Positions 57,854 to 64,000 of a stretch of 64,000 nt of DNA are shown here, one piece after another. The stretch comes from Selaginella moellendorffii (Eukaryota; Plantae; Lycopodiophyta). The notes under the pieces were generated by a model. It saw nothing but the letters and a program-made list of their open reading frames with translations, did not search any database and was not told the origin of the DNA. Location of the stretch: the NCBI RefSeq assembly GCF_000143415.4, contig NW_003314379.1:186001-250000 (forward strand), given 5' to 3'. Position 1 is the stretch's first letter. Each line of letters opens with the position of its first letter. A program made the translations under genes and the position numbers.

Positions 57854-60816
57854 CCTGTCTTTCGCCACCCATCTCATCTTCCTCTTTGTTCTCATTCACA
57901 TCCTTGTTCCACTCGTTCTTGAGGAGAGGGTGCTGTTAGGAATCCTCCAATTCTTGCCACATTCCTGACTCTCGCCGGATTCCTGACCTGCAGACCACAT
58001 TCCTGACTCTCGAGACACTTCCCTATTCCTGACTCTCGAGACACTTCCATATTCCTAACTCTTGATTTCCCGTACGAATCCTGAGTCTCGAGCCACATTC
58101 CTGATGATGATGTGGCACCTCCTCGACCTCAGCTATATTTAGGCCGTCCTCGATCCAAGAATGGTGGAGCTTCATCAACCTATAGTATATATAGGTTAGC
58201 CTTGTTCCATTTCTCCACAATCTAAATCAATGCCAGTCTAAGGCCTCTTCTTCGTTTCCACTAGCTTTTCTCTTTGTCTTTTGCATTTTCCAATTTTGAT
58301 TTTGTTGGGGCTCTTGACATCTTTTATATTTGGTTTGGGTCTAAATTCAAGCTTTATGGAATACCCAAATCCTCATATTATACTACTAATATATTTAAAT
58401 AGTGCTAAATTCTATTTGGCTCCTTCTTGCATGCTAGTTTTGGTGTTCAAACACAAAATACTTTAAGACTATTTTAATATTGATTTGTGCCACTCCTTGA
58501 CTATACACTCAAAAGATCAATTCTATCCCTTTGTTTAGGGACCCAAGGCCTTTAAATTTAGGTTATCCTTGGCATATATGTTTAAGAGTTGAATTTCACT
58601 ATATAATTATCCTATGATAATTTACCATAAAATATAAGGTGAAAACTACATGGTATAAAAGGATTAAATTAGTCAGTACTATCCAGCAAATTGGGCAATT
58701 AGTTTCATTGTATATATAGATATGAACACGATGATCCAAGTGGATACATGTTTAGTTAAATGGTTTCATATATATATATCCTATATATAGATTTTGATTA
58801 CTGTATTGAACCAAATTGTATGAGCTTTTGCTTGGGCTCATTAGATGGATTTGAGATGTACTATTTGTATGGGGTTATGCTTGGGCTTATGAGTAAAGCA
58901 CATTAGCAATTTAAATTTACACCTTTAGTTGGTAGCATTAATATTAACATATTGGAAGTTATCATGAGACTTAAGAATAGAAAGAATTGGTGGTTGGCAC
59001 TACGTAGGATTAAATAAAGGGGTGAATTAACACTTAAACCCTATTCCTATCTCTTTTATATTCTATCCTTCCACTATCAATGCACATCCATATTTTTAAG
59101 ATCTAGAGTACTTAGGCAATGCTAAGTTTATTTTTGCTCACAACTTTGACAAGAGCCTTCATAAGGATTGAAAGACTTAAGTAATTCTTCTTTATTATTT
59201 TTATGTGTTTATTTGTGTTTAGTTCAAAAATTGCTACAATAGAGTGTAAAATTTAAAAACCAAGCCAAATAACAATCAATCTTCTTCCTCTTTTCTTCTT
59301 TCTTTCCCTTTTTTGTTCTTTATCTTTTTCCCTCTTTCTACAATATAGAATTCAAGCAATGTTTTCACTAGTGACCATAGTGGGATATAAGGCATTGCAA
59401 AATAAAATGGACCATTAGTAAAAAATTGTAAGAAAAAGAAATAAGAAAAGCAAAAAGATAAATAAATCTTAAAGATTATAAAGAATCTCAACAAAAATAT
59501 AGCAACCCAATTCAATTAATGATCGTGAAGATGCACACTATAAGTCTTCTCTATACTTAAAGAGGTACAACCATTTTAGTGAGAAGTGGATAAAGGCTCA
59601 AGATTTTAGTAATTAGGAAAATTTTCCTGATGCTTAAGAAATATTCTTGACACTCAACAAACTCAAAAAAATTCCTAACACTAAAACTAAATTTTAACGA
59701 ATTTAAAAAATTGATGAAATAACAAAATTATCCTTTTAGAAATCAAAGATCCACAAGATAGTGATGAAGAGGTAAATGTTTTATCTTGTGTATCATCCTA
59801 AGCAGAGCAAAAGAAGAAAGCTTACGTGAAATAAAGTTAAGCTTAAACTTAGGCATCCAAAGAAGAAAGACCCGACTTAGACAAGTTCGTTATAGACAAA
59901 TATAAAGGAGTTAGGAACAGTTATAAAATCATGTAGTATATAAGTAACACTTAAACGTGCTAAAAAATAACCCCACTCACTATTGTATACATTGAATTAA
60001 CCATATTTTCTTTTGCTTATGACTGTTTATGCAAAATAGAGTTGAGAGAGTGACATATATTTATCTTTACTCACGCTTTTGGGGTTCAAAGTTGAATTCT
60101 TTTTTCATTCTTCTTATTTTTCTTTTCCTCTCCTTCTATGTTCTCGTCTTTGTTTATTGGTCATTGTTTTGTAAGCAAAGGTGGAAACACAAGTATAGAC
60201 AAAAAAAACCTTACTCACTTTTGGTGATCATGGTGGGATAAACCATCACTCTATGGCTTGAAAAACAACTAGGAGAAAAATCACTTGTGAATTCCAAATA
60301 TGCCCAAAATTAGAAATCACAAGTAGATATTTTCAGTGATTGTAAAGGCTTTAAACCCAAATAATACTGAATGAAAGAGCTCTTTTTTGCAATTGTAGTG
60401 GCTTAGCGCCCAAACAACACAAGAAAGACAATTCTTCAACCGTAATATAAGCTATAGAGCTTGGGATGAGTTTGAAATTGGAATTTGGCATACATTGCCA
60501 AGAACTCAAGTTTAAATTGTTTTGCTAGCAATTTCTTGAGAAAAATCTAAAATAAAAAGGAATGAAGTTTATTTGATGTGGAAAATACAATTAACTACTC
60601 TAGAATTCTTTCCTTCTAAGCAAGTTCTCACTTGGGTTTTAGAGGATATATTTTTTAGTAATGTGTCATAATTTTTCTAAGCATACACAATAGAAAAATT
60701 GGGCATTTGTAACTCTTATCTTTGACTCCATTTTAAAGAGAGCTATAGTTAGTTTTAGTGAAAAACAAATTGGGGAATTATTCACCCAAGTTTTACAAGG
60801 CTTTTACAAAGGCAAA

Positions 60817-61010
60817 TGTAAGCTCTTAAGTTTAGCCTTCTCGGGAAGTCACTTAGCCCAGTACTATTCAAACTTAAGGACACTTAACCCCAAGTATCCC
60901 AAGACCTTTAATTGATTGAAAAAAAGGGTGGACTCTTGTTCATGAGCCCTTTCCCTTTATATTTGAACCCCATGGATCATCTCTCAAGTCATTTTTTTTA
61001 GTTGCTTACA
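60817..61010 (-). mobile_element. Solo LTR of the Cassandra-like family
   Basis: The reverse complement aligns to LTR 42871..43065. 7-bp terminal inverted repeat TGTAAGC/GCTTACA. Flanks GCAAA/GCAGA (degenerate TSD). Confidence 0.85.
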
Positions 61011-61036
61011 GCAGAATTACAATTAAAACATTATGC

Positions 61037-63261
61037 TGTCTCAAGGCTTTGATCCAAAACCCTTTAGCTTGGACTATTACTTAGATACGGTTTGAAAGTA
61101 GACTTATCCCGAGTTTAAGCCTTCTGTATATATTGCAAAAGCCTATGAGATTCAAAAAGACTCACAAGTTAAAAATTCAAAAACAGTTATCACGAACCGC
61201 TCTAATCGTTCAAATTGCCTTATGCCTAGTACACCTAGGCAAATTAATCAAGGCTCATCTCTTATATATAGAGAGCCTACAAACATTAGTCAGTGTGAAA
61301 GGTGTCACTCTCCAATAGATTTTGAGAGCACTCGCATCATATTTAGCCCTATAGGGAGGAATCAAAGGCAATCACATGAAACATGTTTCATATCCCATGA
61401 AGTGAGGTATAAACAAAGAGTAAATATACAAGTGAATAGGCATGAAAATTTATTTTTCAAACCAATTGAGTGATGCTCAATTGCTAAGGGAAATATTCAC
61501 CAATTTAGGCGTGAAACACCTTTTGCAAGGCATGAACCACCTTTTGTGATACGTAATTCATAGGTGTATATGTTGTAAGTGACTAATTTTTTCCATTCTA
61601 TTTTAGTCGCTTAACCACACATCCGACCACTTGGAGGAGTCTCATTCACAACCTCCATAAGTCCCACTCAGGACTTGGGGCTTGCTAGCCCCGAGAATGA
61701 CATCCATGCCACTCAACCTTTGCACTTGGTTCAAGTGCTCCACGTGTCTAGTCCCATGATCGACACCCCAAGGCACCACCAACATACTAGCCCGTTACGC
61801 TAGGCCATGCCCAATCACTTTGGTCACATCGGTGGTCCAACACCACCTATATTGCAATCCCGTCTCTCCAAGACTAGGCCATCCGTCCATGAGTGGTCAT
61901 CCCAGATCCACTCCTTAGCATCCTTAAGATGCCTACAGATATGGGGAATAACCCTCCCCAATATCTCCTTTCTGGTCCCCACCAAGTCCCTTTCTGTCCT
62001 TGGCCGTGTTCGCCAACATTGCCACTGGATCAAAGCCCACAAGCCCGACCACTAAGTCCCACGGTCCTCTGGGACTTTCTCACCGCATGACTGTATCCTT
62101 GGTCATTACACCAGAGGATTACTCCTCTTCCTTTCCACAGTCTGGGCCTTTAGGACAATATTTCGGAACACCGTGGCCTTATGCAAGCCTCGTGGGTACT
62201 CTCCCTGCCTTCCACCTTTGGGTGCTCTAGCCATGGGCTTAGAGCGAGGTTCCATTGAGCCACGCTTGGTATCTAAGTAGGTAGTGCCACCCACACTTGG
62301 ACTGGGAGCATCGGCCAGTCGATCTCCCGAGGGAACTAGAGCTGGCTCTTGAACACTTCACCAAGCTACCCTGCTTGCCGGTCTGTGTTCACTTTAGTCT
62401 TGGACTTCTCAGTGGGCAGCTCATCACCCAACACTAGGTACAGCCTTTTTGGGCCAAACTGGCCTTTTCTGGCCAAACTGGCTCCACTGCAGTCCTCCCC
62501 CCTACTATACTTTTGGAGCTCACCAAACCCCCTAGGGTTTGGGAGACGAACGCTTTGGGCTTTCACCCTTTCAGACTCGAACTCAGACTCGGACTCAGAC
62601 TCGGACTCGGACTCGGACTCGGACTCGGACTCGGACTCGGGCTCGGGCTCGGACTCGGGCTCGGGCTTGGTCTTGGCCTCGGCCTCAATCTCGGTCCCAA
62701 TTTCGGTCTCGGTCCCGGTCTCAGTCTCGTTCCTGGTCTCGGTCTCGGTCCCAGTCTCGGTCTCGACCTCGGACTCCATCTTGGACTCCTTCTCAGTCCA
62801 TCTCGGACTCTATCTCGGACTCCATCTTGGGTCCATCTCGGACTCCATCTCGAACTCTGTCTCAGTCCATCTCGGACTCCATCTTGGACTCTGTCTCGGT
62901 CCATCTCGGACTCCATCTCAAACTCCGTTTTAGACTCCATCTCAGATTCCGTCTCAGACTCCATCTCAGACTCCATCTCGAACTCCATCTCGGACTCCAT
63001 CTCGGACTCCATCTTGGGTCCATCTCGGACACTTTCACATGTCATATGTTGGTCCTTTTGGGTCCCTTTTTAGAGCCTCACTTATTACTCGCTTCGTGCT
63101 TATTCCTCGAGCACTTTGTTGGGAGTTCCACTCCCACTCTTGACCTTTCAAATCGGAGCTTTTAGTCCAAACGTGTTACGCTCATTTGGCTTTCGCTTCG
63201 GCCACTACCACGTGGTGCCCTTCCGGCTTCACTTTGGGGCCTAGGGATTTTGTGTCTCACA
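61037..63261. mobile_element. Putative 2.2-kb solo LTR or LTR-like insertion
   Basis: Starts TGT, ends ACA, flanked by TATGC on both sides (61032..61036, 63262..63266). More GC-rich than the flanks. No recognisable coding domain. Confidence 0.45.
62573..63030. repeat. 6-bp (GACTCG/GGCTCG/GTCTCG) array grading into a 12-bp (GACTCCATCTCG) array
   Basis: Hexamers at 62573..62770, dodecamers at 62770..63030. Confidence 0.92.
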
Positions 63262-64000
63262 TATGCCTCCTCACATGAGAGAATTCCCACATAGTGAATA
63301 TTTTCCATATAGGCCAAATTATACAACTACTCTAGTAAAAGTTGTAGCTCAATTTTTTTCTACATTTGAAATGCACAAATCACTTCGTGTGTTAATCAAG
63401 CTTTTACTAGATGAAGTAGTTGAGAGGCTTCACACTATAAATGTGGAATGGAGAGCTATAAAGCTTGCTACTAGATGTAAGCATCAATCATAGAGACACT
63501 GCTACTGTCATTTTGATCTCGAATAAACTTAGAGATATTAGAAAAGGGTTGTGGTCTAAAAAGGTGAAATAGCCTTAGACACTCCTAAAAACTCTGAAAT
63601 ACATTGCAAAACTTAAAAATCTATAATATAAGTTTGAGAAGAGACTTGTATTAACTATTACTACCCATTAGCAAAAAGGCTAGAGAAAAATTCACCTTGA
63701 AAAACAATTTTTATTTAGATCTGAAGCAAAGTCTTCCACGAATTAGCTGGTATATATTTGAAAAATTACCTAACATCATTCTACAAGAAAATTGATCTAG
63801 AATAAGCTATCATGCAGTAGACAATTTGACTCTTGTGTTGATTCCACAAAACAATTTCACAAAATGGTTTCCATACCCCATTCAAATTAGTTTTTAGTGT
63901 TAATTCAATTTGCCTAAAACTTGCCAAGAGCTCTTTCTAATTCCACAGTTATAAGGGTAAAGTTGGTTATAAGTCAAAAGGTGAGACTTATTATGAAGCA

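Larger units (their letters stand above)
52085..58319 (+). mobile_element. Full-length Ty3/Gypsy chromovirus (Tf1/sushi/Tcn1-like), inactivated
   Basis: LTRs 52085..52444 and 57934..58319 (TG..CA), TSD TCTTT, PPT gaggagaggg. Gag with CLYC..HK..VC knuckle, protease LLDSGA, RT YLNDILIYS, RNase H, integrase, chromodomain EYEV..YYLVDWKGY..TWEP. Many stops. Confidence 0.96.

Noticed and set aside
51590-58760. The flanking ~430-bp direct repeats as the true LTRs of the chromovirus
   Set aside because: The inner 360/386-bp repeats have TG..CA ends, a PPT and a perfect TSD. The outer repeats are far more diverged and predate the insertion.
62349-63165. Ser-Asp/Glu-Ser repeat proteins or a CRISPR-like array
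   Set aside because: Head-to-tail 6- and 12-bp repeats with no unique spacers. The open frames follow from a stop-free repeat unit.

Overview
Land-plant nuclear DNA, most likely a lycophyte of the genus Selaginella. This is an inference from the 50-70 bp GT-AG introns, very short intergenic spacers, intronless PLS-type PPR genes and a cilium-type gene. The ORF track ignores introns and uses GTG/TTG starts, so gene models were rebuilt by hand. There are three zones. (1) 1-12 kb is a rearranged tandem/inverted array of CYP71-clan P450s (2 intact, 2 pseudogenes, 1 fragment). It is interleaved with PP7 phosphatase pieces, a duplicated unknown pseudogene and a decayed kinase. A ~720 bp inversion has fused a P450 C-terminus in frame to the PP7 catalytic core. 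(2) 12-35 kb is a very compact gene block: PPR, two uL18-like genes, ARL8, PPAN, VTE6, PPR, an IQCE-like coiled-coil gene, a DUF674 gene, FPS, a kinase-less SPARK-type membrane protein, an RDR1/2-type RNA-dependent RNA polymerase and a second decayed kinase. (3) 35-64 kb is AT-rich and transposon-rich. It holds a hidden Cys-rich secreted-protein pseudogene, a LAP3-like pseudogene, an NPF7-like transporter plus a duplicated fragment, three 5S-rRNA-bearing (Cassandra-like) TRIM insertions, a decayed Gypsy element, and a full-length chromovirus with a self-priming PBS, a -1 frameshift signal and a nested TRIM. The best leads are: the uL18L-uL18L-PPR trio with 46 and 41 nt spacers (possible polycistron); the RDR gene whose stop codon abuts an antisense gene's stop codon; the Cassandra-like LTRs; the self-priming chromovirus carrying an apparently older TRIM; and the IQCE-like gene. 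Family assignments rest on recalled motifs, not database searches.
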